25,792 nt of DNA, from assembly GCA_947074125.1 (NCBI GenBank), contig CAMTOM010000001.1:1-25792 (forward strand), read 5' to 3'. Position 1 is the first letter of the stretch. Each line of letters opens with the position of its first letter. Below the pieces are notes generated by a model. That model had not been told where the DNA came from and did not search any database. It saw nothing but the letters and a program-made list of their open reading frames with translations. Position numbers and translations under genes: made by a program. The stretch is from an uncultured Desulfovibrionaceae bacterium (lineage in GTDB: Bacteria; Desulfobacterota; Desulfovibrionia; Desulfovibrionales; Desulfovibrionaceae). This document shows positions 15,539-23,948 of the stretch, piece by piece.

Positions 15539-15772
15539 ATGGCTGACAAAGATGTTATTATTGAGTTTCTCAATAGCAAATCGGCCTCCAAGTCAAAATT
15601 CTACTTCAAAGACTTTACGGAACTCTTCCCCGATAAAGGTCCACGCGAAGTAAAAAAAGTTCTTACTCAGTTGGTGAACGAAGAAGTCCTCGAATTCTGG
15701 TCTTCCGGTTCTACAACCATGTACGGTCTCAAAGGTGCAGGCAAGCAGTCTGCGGCTGAAGGTGAAAGCTAG
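15539..15772 (+). CDS. dsrD: DsrD, dissimilatory sulfite reductase activator
   Basis: 77 aa from ATG15539 (SD AGGAG) with FLNSKS.SKSKFYFKDF...LEFWSSGSTTMYGLKG. Confidence 0.97.
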   Translation: MADKDVIIEFLNSKSASKSKFYFKDFTELFPDKGPREVKKVLTQLVNEEVLEFWSSGSTTMYGLKGAGKQSAAEGES

Positions 15773-15801
15773 GCTGCCTGCTTCGGCTTTGCCCCAAGCA
15801 T

Positions 15802-15852
15802 ATTCGCGCCAGGAGATAACGTTCGTACGTTGCCTGTGCGCGAATTTTATTT
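15802..15852 (+). terminator. long hairpin plus U-rich tail after dsrD (terminator/attenuator before dsrN)
   Basis: ATTCGCGC-CAGG...AACGT-tcgt-ACGTT...CCTG-t-GCGCGAAT followed by TTTATTT. Confidence 0.6.
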
Positions 15853-15899
15853 CTCTTCCCGCTTCTTCACGCCCTTCTGCATAACCAGAGCCAAACAAC

Positions 15900-17342
15900 A
15901 TGCCACACATCCCCCGTCTCCTTATTTCTGCCTGTCGGGGCGGCTCCGGCAAGACGCTGCTCACCCTCGGTCTGACACGTGCCTTTTCGCAGGAGGGCAT
16001 TATCTGCAAGCCCTATAAAAAAGGGCCAGACTATATTGATGCCGCCTGGCTTGCCTTGGCAAGCAAACAAGACTGCACACCTCTTGACCCCTATTTTCTC
16101 AATCAAGCTCGTCTTAGTGCGCTTTTGCAGCACTCTTTTGCCCATAGCAATGCAGAACTGGCCGTAATCGAAGGCAACAGGGGGCTGTTTGATGGCACTG
16201 ATATCGCGGGCAGCAGCTCTTCTGCCGAATTGGCTTTTACGCTCAACTGTCCCATCGTGCTGACGCTCGACTGCACCAAAATGACCCGTACTGCCGCAGC
16301 TCTCGTTCAGGGCTTAACGGCTTTTGATCCCCGCATCCATATCGCAGGTCTGGTACTTAACCAACTGGGAACCGCACGCCAGGAGCAACTCTTGCGCCAG
16401 GTACTGGAGACCTATACAGATGTCCCCGTGGTAGGAGCCCTGCCGCGCTTGCGCCACAATCCCATGCCAGAGCGCCATATGGGTCTCGCAGCCCAACACG
16501 ATACCTGTCTCGCAGAACACATTTTAGACGATCTTGCCGCACATGTTCGCGAACATGTCGATGTTGCGCGCTGCCATGACATTGCTCGTGCCGCCCCTCC
16601 TTTAGAGCAGGCAGCTCCATTCTGGGAGACGCCATCCCCATCTTCCCCTTCTGCTGTTACGCCACGCATTGGCTATGTACGGGATCGTATTTTGTGGTTC
16701 TATTATCCTGAAAACTTGGAGGCACTTGAGCGGGCTGGAGCAGAACTTGTGCCCCTCTCTCTTGAATCTTCGCAGCACTGGGAAGAGCTTGACGGACTGT
16801 ATCTTGGGGGAGGCTTTCCCGAAGATCATGCTGCAAGCCTCACACAAAGCCCACACCTTGCCCGTATTGCAGACTGGGCGCATAAAGACATGCCCATTTA
16901 TGCGGAATGCGGTGGTTTCATGCTGCTGGCACGTACGCTACGGCGTGATGCGAACACATTCCCCATGGCAGCCATTTTCCCTGTCCATACAGAGTTTTTT
17001 AACAAGCCACAGGGTTTGGGCTATGTTTGCGGTACAATCGACGCACACACACCTTTTTTCCCCATAGGAACCCATATACGGGGTCATGAGTTTCACTACT
17101 CACGCTGTATCATGGATACGGCAGAACACAATCTCTGCACACTCCACCTCGAAAAAGGGACAGGAATGGGGAACAGCAAAGATGGTTTACTATACAAAAA
17201 TACCTTTGCAGCCTATACCCATATCTTTGCTCCCACCATTCCCGCATGGGCACCAGCTTTTGTGCGCTTGGCCTCTGAATATGCCATGAAACGCAATACC
17301 GCCTCTTTGCTTGACATGTCTGCTCCCTATGCTAATGAATAA
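15900..17342 (+). CDS. dsrN: cobyrinate a,c-diamide synthase homologue (siroheme amidase DsrN/CobB)
   Basis: P-loop GGSGKT, KKGPDYID, IEGNRGLFDG, glutaminase YAECGG and GHEFHYS, located directly after dsrD. Confidence 0.92.
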   Translation: MPHIPRLLISACRGGSGKTLLTLGLTRAFSQEGIICKPYKKGPDYIDAAWLALASKQDCTPLDPYFLNQARLSALLQHSFAHSNAELAVIEGNRGLFDGTDIAGSSSSAELAFTLNCPIVLTLDCTKMTRTAAALVQGLTAFDPRIHIAGLVLNQLGTARQEQLLRQVLETYTDVPVVGALPRLRHNPMPERHMGLAAQHDTCLAEHILDDLAAHVREHVDVARCHDIARAAPPLEQAAPFWETPSPSSPSAVTPRIGYVRDRILWFYYPENLEALERAGAELVPLSLESSQHWEELDGLYLGGGFPEDHAASLTQSPHLARIADWAHKDMPIYAECGGFMLLARTLRRDANTFPMAAIFPVHTEFFNKPQGLGYVCGTIDAHTPFFPIGTHIRGHEFHYSRCIMDTAEHNLCTLHLEKGTGMGNSKDGLLYKNTFAAYTHIFAPTIPAWAPAFVRLASEYAMKRNTASLLDMSAPYANE

Positions 17343-17401
17343 AAACCCCCATATTCCCAGTAGTATAAACTATTTTCAGCTTTTTTACCAAGAGGAAAAG
17401 C

Positions 17402-17761
17402 ATGAACCGTTTTTTCGCCTGTCTTTGTGTATGTAGCCTGTCACTTTCCTGTCTATTCTTTGCCGCATGCACCACGCCGCCCAAAAAACGTTTTCTTGCC
17501 ATTCAGACAAAAGCTGCCGATATTGCCCCAGAAAGAAATCGTGATCTTTTTATGGAAGACCTTAAAAAAGTCACCTGTGTCGCCAATGCCCTCGACAGCA
17601 CACTCAGCAAGGCAGAGTTTACTCTGCTCAATGACCATCTTGAGCAGTTGATTATGGCAACATCACTTGAAGTAGAGCAGGAAGTCATGAATGCCATGGA
17701 AAACCCAACCTCTTTACATAAAGCCTATTTTGGCGCTCTGAAAGCCTGCGCAACGCCGTAA
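17402..17761 (+). CDS. hypothetical lipoprotein (119 aa)
   Basis: SD GAGGA; signal peptide MNR..CLFFAA-C with a lipobox-like FAAC; predicted helical mature part. Confidence 0.7.
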   Translation: MNRFFACLCVCSLSLSCLFFAACTTPPKKRFLAIQTKAADIAPERNRDLFMEDLKKVTCVANALDSTLSKAEFTLLNDHLEQLIMATSLEVEQEVMNAMENPTSLHKAYFGALKACATP

Positions 17762-18179
17762 TCTCTTCGAATTACACCTTCTGCCCAACTACCCACTTTC
17801 CCCTTTGCCCCATGCTACGCTACGCATAGTCTTCTCGCATATCCTTCGTCAAACGCTGTAATCACCCTAAATTGAATTACAGATTTGAAAAAACCATCTT
17901 TTGTAGCTCTTTATTACAAGGCAAGAGAATAAAAGATTGATATGCTATTAGTACAATAGATAACAGATTCACACAAAAAAGCAAAAATTCTTTTCTGCAA
18001 TAATCACACTAGCTCATTCAAGACTCAAAAATAATGCTTCTTTACTCCATCTCGTGACGGCACAGCATATCATTTGTAGCTTGACACAATACTCCCTATT
18101 TGACTATTGAAAAGTGATATACAGTACATACTACAGTTGCAAGTCAATACATTTTCGGAAGTAGAACTACCATAACAGG

Positions 18180-19727
18180 GTCAAGAAAACTCTCACCATT
18201 CTCACTTTATATTTGTTTATATTAACTTTTTTTATTTCAGGCTGTTCACAAAGCACTCCTGCAGATAAAGCTATAAAAGATTTTTATTCCAAAGTTGAAA
18301 GTATGCTTCAGGAGGGAAGTCCAGCACTCCTCTCCGACTTCGCTCTCCTTACAGGCGCTTTTTTCCAGCACAGCCCCCAAACGACTGCCGTCCTGGAAAA
18401 CCCCCTGCTCATGCCTAGTGATGTGGAGCTGTCAACAGCTCCCCCCAACGCATTGGCACGCGCAGCACTCCAGCCTTATTTCGAACGTCACCCCAAAGCC
18501 CTGCTCAATCCCAAAATACTCAAAAAATGCCAGGTTACCCGCGTTGATAACAATATATGGATTGCCGCTTTTCCAACAGAAGATACCACTTGGCTGACAT
18601 TTATTGTACAGGGTGATAGAGCAGTACCCATAGGCATCAGCACCAACGTAAATGATGCCCGTCTGCTGGGAGAAAACTATCAGGAATCAAGCGCTCCCCC
18701 TGCTTCGCAACCCGTGACTGCAGAGAGCTCACCTGCCCCCGCCACTGCGCCAGTAGCAACCACGGCACTACAACAACGCTGCATTGCAGCTATCCAGCAA
18801 GCCTCTCTCGCACCTCTGCATATCACTGAACCGAAAGTACGCTTTCTCCATGCTGGCACACGCAATGAACGCTTTGAAATCATTTTCACAGCTCAAAATC
18901 AGGGGAACGAATCCATCAGTGCCCCCATATACCGTATCACCGTGAAAAACAGGGAAGGGCAGCCTCTTTTGCTCACAACATATGGAGAAACAATGACCCT
19001 GGCTCCAGGGAAATCACGCGAACAGCTCATTTCTGGCATCAGAGGAAGTGACTCTCCAGAAGATCGCGCTGCACGCATTTACGAATTTCTCCTCATGAAG
19101 GAAGTAGTCGCAGGCACCTATACACTCCATATCGAGCCTGCCAGCTTTACCTATGCTTCCACATCGCTCCCTCCTGCAGCCTCTTTGCTTGAAAATGAAA
19201 TAGAGGTTCTGCCAGACGCTACATGTCGCTACGCCACAAATCACCTGCCTGCTGCTCCTGAAGAAATAGATGAGTCGTCGTTACAAGCCTATCAGGAAGC
19301 AGAAAAAACCCGTCAAGAAAAAGTCTTTCAAACAATAGAGGAAACAGCTAAAGAAAAAGCAGCGAAAATGCTCGCTCGTATCAAAGTCCGCACTGATCCG
19401 GCCATGAATACCGGAAAACAAAAAATGGCCTATACGCTGACTATTGAAAATGACTGGGATGAAGACATTATTCCCAAGAGCATTACCATCAGATGGGTAG
19501 AAAACAATACCGTCATCAGAGAAAAAGTTCTCCAAAGCTGGGTACGTATCCAGCCTGACCGCACCAGTAAAATCAAAGTTGCCTCCAGCAATGAAGGTGA
19601 TGATGTACTCCAGAAAAAAGTTCTCTCCGGTAAGGTCAAGCTCAGAGCGATCATTACAGCCGCTTCAATAGGCCAAAGAGAAATAGACATCAACGGTGCA
19701 GGCTATCTCCCCCAGTGGGCAGAGTAA
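18180..19727 (+). CDS. large hypothetical lipoprotein with two Ig-like (FxLYD/CARDB-style) domains; true start uncertain (GTC18180 vs TTG18213)
   Basis: In-frame VKKTLTILTLYLFILTFFISG-C forms a complete lipoprotein signal. A Pro/Ala linker precedes two beta-rich repeats (FTAQNQGNESI..LAPGKS; LTIENDWDEDI..IQPDRT). Confidence 0.75.
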   Translation, partial: VKKTLTILTLYLFILTFFISGCSQSTPADKAIKDFYSKVESMLQEGSPALLSDFALLTGAFFQHSPQTTAVLENPLLMPSDVELSTAPPNALARAALQPYFERHPKALLNPKILKKCQVTRVDNNIWIAAFPTEDTTWLTFIVQGDRAVPIGISTNVNDARLLGENYQESSAPPASQPVTAESSPAPATAPVATTALQQRCIAAIQQASLAPLHITEPKVRFLHAGTRNERFEIIFTAQNQGNESISAPIYRITVKNREGQPLLLTTYGETMTLAPGKSREQLISGIRGSDSPEDRAARIYEFLLMKEVVAGTYTLHIEPASFTYASTSLPPAASLLENEIEVLPDATCRYATNHLPAAPEEIDESSLQAYQEAEKTRQEKVFQTIEETAKEKAAKMLARIKVRTDPAMNTGKQKMAYTLTIENDWDEDIIPKSITIRWVENNTVIREKVLQSWVRIQPDRTSKIKVASSNEGDDVLQKKVLSGKVKLRAIITAASIGQREIDINGAGYLPQWAE

Positions 19728-19743
19728 CAAAGAAGGACACCGC

Positions 19744-20595
19744 ATGGGATTGGCATACATACACTTCCAATCCTTTATCATAGCACTTTCTATGAGGCAT
19801 CTTGCTCCCTATGGGCATGATGCCTCTTTTTTCGCTCACATCCTGCATAATGATGCACACCCGACCTGCATATATCAAAATCCTACGCATACGTTACGCA
19901 AATTCTTTCCTGTCATAGATACCTGCTTGCGGCTTTTTTTGATTTTTTTCCTGTGTTATGCCACCACTTCTTCTGCCTATGCAGCGAACGCTCTTGCCAC
20001 TCCTGCCATATCCCCTTCCACCTCACCCGAAACATCAATAAGGGCTGAAAAATCCTCAGCGACGCACAATGACACACGATGGGAGCCACTACAGGGCACG
20101 CTCAAAAATGCGGATATCGTTCTGCGCTATCGTCCGAATAGCTGGGGGAAGCTACTGCAACGCTTTGGCGAACAATATTCACATATTGGCATCCTTTATT
20201 TCCCTAAAACCACTCCCTATGTCATTCATATGGATGTGGACAATAACGGCAAAGGGAGCATTATTACAGAACCCCTTTCTCTCTTTCTCAATAACGCAGA
20301 AAGGATACGCATTTTGCGTATGCCCCTACCAGAAACATTGCGGGCTTCCATTATCACTCAGGCTTTTGTCTATAAAGCGCAAAAGATTCCATTTGACCTT
20401 CAAATGGATCTCAGCAAAAACAGCGCGATGTACTGCACAGAATACGTCTGGCGTACGTTTTACGCTGCCCTCTCTCGCGACATTCTACAGCAACGCAGGC
20501 ACCGCAAATACATTCTCTGCAGCGACTTTGCACAAGCAGCAAGCAAAATCCTTTTCTCAGGCACAACACACACTACCTATGCAAAAAATCCATAA
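19744..20595 (+). CDS. YiiX/YaeF-like permuted NlpC/P60 (peptidase C92) papain-like amidase
   Basis: SD AAGGA lies 6 nt before ATG19744. DIVLR..YSHIGI (catalytic His) comes before PFD...YCTEYVW (catalytic Cys), the permuted order. A hydrophobic segment LRLFLIFFLCYA is present. Confidence 0.85.
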   Translation: MGLAYIHFQSFIIALSMRHLAPYGHDASFFAHILHNDAHPTCIYQNPTHTLRKFFPVIDTCLRLFLIFFLCYATTSSAYAANALATPAISPSTSPETSIRAEKSSATHNDTRWEPLQGTLKNADIVLRYRPNSWGKLLQRFGEQYSHIGILYFPKTTPYVIHMDVDNNGKGSIITEPLSLFLNNAERIRILRMPLPETLRASIITQAFVYKAQKIPFDLQMDLSKNSAMYCTEYVWRTFYAALSRDILQQRRHRKYILCSDFAQAASKILFSGTTHTTYAKNP

Positions 20596-20622
20596 ATTTT
20601 CTGTGCTGTAGATATATGTAAC

Positions 20623-20655
20623 AAAAAAAGCCGGACACAAGACTGTGTCCGGCTT
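20623..20655 (-). terminator. Rho-independent terminator of rpsB-tsf
   Basis: Minus strand AAGCCGGACACA-GTCT-TGTGTCCGGC-TTTTTTT. Confidence 0.92.
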
Positions 20656-20675
20656 CAGAATCTCTTTAAAAAAGA

Positions 20676-21518
20676 CTATTCAGCGCCTAGTTGAATACGC
20701 ATGAACGAAGAAATCGTCACATCAGCGCCCGCAACCTTGGCAGCGTCACGTACAACATCAGCGATGCTCTTCTTGTCATCACGGATATATGGCTGATCCA
20801 TAAGGCACACTTCCTTACAGAATTTCTTGACCGCACCTTCAGCAATTTTGTCAATAATATTGGCAGGCTTGCCTTCTTCAAGAGCTTTTTGGCGATATAC
20901 TTCACGCTCACGCTCAATGACTGCGGGATCAAGGCTGGTCGCATCCAGAGCCAGAGGGCTTGCCGCAGCAACCTGCATGGCCACATTACGGGCAAGCTCA
21001 AGCACAGCAGGATGATTACCAGCAGCACTTTCCACTTTTACAAGAACGCCAATCTTATTGTTGGCATGGATATACTGACCGATAACACCGGAAGCAGGAA
21101 CGTCCATGCGAACAAATTTGCCCAGTGTCATATTTTCGCCCACCGAAGCAATCTGCTGGGTAACAGCATCACCCATCAAAGCCTGAAAGGCATCGGCGTC
21201 GGCAGGATTTTTTTCCAGTACAGCCTGAGCTGCCTGGTCTGCCAGCGCACGGAACTGATCACCACGCGCCACAAAGTCTGTTTCACACAGCATCGCAGCC
21301 ATAGCAACAGCGGAAGACGAAGACGCAATCGCGACAAGGCCTTCAGAAGTCGCACGACCTGATTTTTTGGCAGCCTTGGCCATGCCCTTCTGACGCAACC
21401 AGTCTACAGCCTTTTCCAGATCGCCATCAACTTCCTGAAGGGCTTTTTTACAATCCATCATACCTGCGCCAGTTTTTTCGCGCAATTCTTTTACCATCTG
21501 AGCAGAAATAGCAGCCAT
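20676..21518 (-). CDS. tsf: translation elongation factor Ts
   Basis: SD GGGAG lies 6 nt before ATG21518. Motifs ISAQMVKELREKTGAGMMDCKKAL, CETDFVA and LMDQPYIRDDK. Confidence 0.99.
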   Translation of the reverse strand: MAAISAQMVKELREKTGAGMMDCKKALQEVDGDLEKAVDWLRQKGMAKAAKKSGRATSEGLVAIASSSSAVAMAAMLCETDFVARGDQFRALADQAAQAVLEKNPADADAFQALMGDAVTQQIASVGENMTLGKFVRMDVPASGVIGQYIHANNKIGVLVKVESAAGNHPAVLELARNVAMQVAAASPLALDATSLDPAVIEREREVYRQKALEEGKPANIIDKIAEGAVKKFCKEVCLMDQPYIRDDKKSIADVVRDAAKVAGADVTISSFMRIQLGAE

Positions 21519-21575
21519 AGATTTCTCCCGAAATAACAAAAAATGTTCGTGACAGGTACACAAAAACAGAAATTC

Positions 21576-21630
21576 CCTGCCTTCCCCATTCAAAAAGCCC
21601 ATACAGGCATCTTCACAGGAGGAAGGCAGG
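21576..21630 (-). other. 10-bp inverted repeat in the rpsB-tsf spacer (possible attenuator or stability element)
   Basis: CCTGCCTTCC (21576-21585) pairs with GGAAGGCAGG (21621-21630), and a U-rich run follows on the minus strand. Confidence 0.45.
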
Positions 21631-21639
21631 AAAGTAAGA

Positions 21640-22431
21640 TTATTCTGCAGCAGGCGCAGCAGGAGACGCTTCTGCAGGAGCAGATGCAGCTTCTGCATTT
21701 GCAGCAGCCTTCAGCTCTTCTTCAGCGTTTTTCCCAACACCTTCTTTATTCATGGCATCACCATCAAGGCAAGCCTCGGCAAACGCAGTCACAAACAACT
21801 TAATAGCGCGAATAGCGTCATCATTGCCAGGAATAATATAATCAATCACATCAGGATCGCAGTTCGTATCTGTAACAGCCACGATAGGAATACCCAGTTT
21901 ACGGCATTCTTTCACAGCAATATCTTCACGATTGGGATCAATGATAAAAGCCAACTGAGGCAGGCGATCCATATTTTTAATGCCGCCGAGCGTCAGATTC
22001 AACTTGTCCATTTCACGCTGAAGCGTAAGAATTTCTTTTTTCTGGTAACGATTGATGGAACCATCTTCAAACATGGCTTCCAGCTTCTTCAGACGGTCAA
22101 CACTCTTTTGAATCGTCACAAGGTTGGTCAGAGTGCCACCCATCCAACGGTTGGTCACATAGTACTGACCAGCACGTCCGGCTTCCTGAGCCACAGCTTC
22201 CTGAGCCTGACGCTTGGTTCCCACAAAAAGAACCTTGCCGCCCTTGGCAACAGTTTCCGCAACCTTGTCATAGGCAGTACGGAAAAGCTTCACAGTTTGT
22301 TGCAGGTCAATAATATGAATGCCATTACGAGCCCCAAAAATATAGGGACGCATTTTGGGGTTCCAGCGACGGGTCTGGTGCCCAAAATGCACCCCCGTCT
22401 CCAGCATCTGTTTCATGCTGACATAAGCCAT
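21640..22431 (-). CDS. rpsB: 30S ribosomal protein S2
   Basis: [31 protein letters not shown] and [11 protein letters not shown], with an Ala-rich C-terminal tail. Confidence 0.99.
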   Translation of the reverse strand: MAYVSMKQMLETGVHFGHQTRRWNPKMRPYIFGARNGIHIIDLQQTVKLFRTAYDKVAETVAKGGKVLFVGTKRQAQEAVAQEAGRAGQYYVTNRWMGGTLTNLVTIQKSVDRLKKLEAMFEDGSINRYQKKEILTLQREMDKLNLTLGGIKNMDRLPQLAFIIDPNREDIAVKECRKLGIPIVAVTDTNCDPDVIDYIIPGNDDAIRAIKLFVTAFAEACLDGDAMNKEGVGKNAEEELKAAANAEAASAPAEASPAAPAAE

Positions 22432-22442
22432 ATGTTCCTCCA

Positions 22443-22590
22443 GGGTTTCTCTTCCACCTCAGCCCAGGCTCTTCCACCCAACATAAGTACGAAAAACTTC
22501 TCTACAAGCGAAAAAGTCTTTCGCAATCACGTGTTCTCGCACCTACGAGAACATCGGGCACCCCGAACCGCTACTGAAGTGTGCTTCATA
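22443..22590 (-). ncRNA. rpsB 5' leader (t44-like S2 autoregulatory RNA)
   Basis: The minus strand carries GCACAC (22584-22579), CGGGGTGCC (22565-22557), internal hairpins GTTCTCG/CGAGAAC and GCGAAA/TTTCGC, and GTGGAAGAGAAACCC near the SD. This echoes the ACAC...CGGGGTGC...GTGGAGG..AACCC pattern of the E. coli leader. Confidence 0.65.
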
Positions 22591-22724
22591 AAAGGAGAAC
22601 TCACATAGCCTGTAACCAAATCTTTTGCAAGAAAAAAATGAGAACACCCTTCCAGCCTCTTTCATTTCATAGCAGGACACGGTATAGGAAACATATTTCC
22701 CATTATTCAATCCAAGGAGTCCGC

Positions 22725-23210
22725 ATGCGAAAACATTCCCTCTGTACACTAGGCGCTTTTCTTTTGGGAGCACTCCTGCTCGCAAGCCCCACATACAGCG
22801 CCGAAGCACAGGCAGGCAAAGAAGTACAGGACAAGCCTGCCAAAACAACGCAACGCACAACCGCCATCACAATTGCTCACGAAGGAACCGACAGTCTTGG
22901 CGCACGTCTTGCCATGCGCCTGAAAGAAACATTTAATGCCAGCAATCTTTTTAGCCTTGAAGAGAAAAACAAACCCAAAATACGACTCTACCTTCTCACA
23001 GAAACAGAATTCCCAGGTCGCCCTGGCGTTGGTTCCGTATATGCTGCCATTTGGACATACCAACAAAGCGAAGGACAGCTTGCCTATCTGCTCTCCAGAG
23101 AAGTAGGCACAGTCAATTCTGATACTCTGGAAGGCCTTGTCCAGCGCCTTGGTGAACGCAGTGACGGTATCGCCGTCAAATACGCATACCTCTGGCCTGA
23201 CAATTCCTAG
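22725..23210 (+). CDS. hypothetical exported (periplasmic) protein, 161 aa
   Basis: SD AAGGAG (22714-22719); Sec-type signal MRKHSLCTLGAFLLGALLLASPTYS-A. Confidence 0.85.
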   Translation: MRKHSLCTLGAFLLGALLLASPTYSAEAQAGKEVQDKPAKTTQRTTAITIAHEGTDSLGARLAMRLKETFNASNLFSLEEKNKPKIRLYLLTETEFPGRPGVGSVYAAIWTYQQSEGQLAYLLSREVGTVNSDTLEGLVQRLGERSDGIAVKYAYLWPDNS

Positions 23211-23282
23211 CCAGAAGCACGCTGTACTCCTCGTGCGGCACCGAACCAGCCCCCTTTCAATCTTATTCCGCCCTATCAATAA

Positions 23283-23374
23283 AAGAAGGGAAACTCACTC
23301 TCTGCATGACAGCCATATGCGAGGCGCATAACGCACATACCTGTCATACGCAGATAGCCTGAGATTCCCTTCTT
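23283..23374. ncRNA. 92-nt multi-stem rod-like structure between convergent genes (sRNA or bidirectional terminator candidate)
   Basis: Nested complementary blocks: AAGAAGGGAAACTC/GAGATTCCCTTCTT, TCTGC/GCAGA, ATGACAG/CTGTCAT and TATGCG-agg-CGCATA. T-runs flank it on both strands. Confidence 0.5.
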
Positions 23375-23535
23375 CTTTTTTTCCTCATCTCATACAAGGC
23401 ACATATAGCACTGCAATCCATACCCGATGCTACAGGCTACAAGAGGAACAAAAAAACACCACCGTCATCCCTAATCACAAATGCTTCACGAACAATAAAA
23501 AATCAATCTCGTGCAAACACACAAGCTACAAAAGA

Positions 23536-23712
23536 TTACGATGAGTATCCCTCCAGAGCCAAGGGCAGGCCTTCCAGCATTTGCACCTGTTCAATCAAGG
23601 CAGAAAGATTCAGACATGCCTGATGCAGCACACCCGCTTCACCTGGTTCAAGCATACCCAGCACAGATTCCAGAGCCACTGTCACACTTGGCATATCTTC
23701 GCTCAAAGCCAT
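23536..23712 (-). CDS. 58-aa small protein absent from the ORF track: MALSEDMPSVTVALESVLGMLEPGEAGVLHQACLNLSALIEQVQMLEGLPLALEGYSS
   Basis: SD AAGGAG (23726-23721) lies 8 nt before ATG23712, with TAA at 23538-23536. A near-consensus promoter lies upstream and the sequence has an amphipathic helical pattern. Confidence 0.75.
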   Translation of the reverse strand: MALSEDMPSVTVALESVLGMLEPGEAGVLHQACLNLSALIEQVQMLEGLPLALEGYSS

Positions 23713-23817
23713 TGCTTCTTCTCCTTGATGTATCAGATCACAATTTATGTATGTAACAATTCATTTTTCACACGACATTCCAGCGCGCCACAAAAGCTAC
23801 CCGCTGAACGCAAAGAA

Positions 23818-23846
23818 AAACTATCTGAGATGGATTTATTTGTCAA
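23818..23846 (-). promoter_or_regulatory. sigma70 promoter for the 58-aa gene
   Basis: Minus strand TTGACA (23846-23841), 17 bp, TAGTTT (23823-23818). The -35 box is overlapped by the palindrome TTTATT-TGTC-AATAAA (23835-23850). Confidence 0.7.
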
Positions 23847-23948
23847 TAAAAAATTTATTTAAAAACACTCTTTTTTCTTTTTTTATTCTTGCCAGAAATT
23901 CTCACTCCAGCTACAGGTAAAGAAAAACACCCAACAGAGGAGAGCCAT

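Noticed and set aside
15480-15541. dsrB-dsrD fusion as in Bilophila wadsworthia
   Set aside because: dsrB ends in TAA and dsrD is in a different frame with its own SD.
17849-17888. Imperfect 13-bp inverted repeat in the AT-rich spacer
   Set aside because: It has a bulged stem, a long loop and no correctly placed U-tract, and is plausible by chance in AT-rich DNA.
21519-21698. ORF-track N-terminal extensions (tsf from 21698; likewise 903, 9207, 12954, 19696, 22581, 23889)
   Set aside because: Downstream ATGs have proper SD spacing and give family-typical N-termini; the tsf extension would overlap rpsB.
23726-23743. HcpR/CRP-like site ending in TCACAA
   Set aside because: Only the right half-site matches.
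23511-23862. Plus-strand ORFs 23511..23756 and 23581..23862
   Set aside because: They have no SD and implausible composition, and they overlap the better-supported 58-aa minus-strand gene and its promoter.
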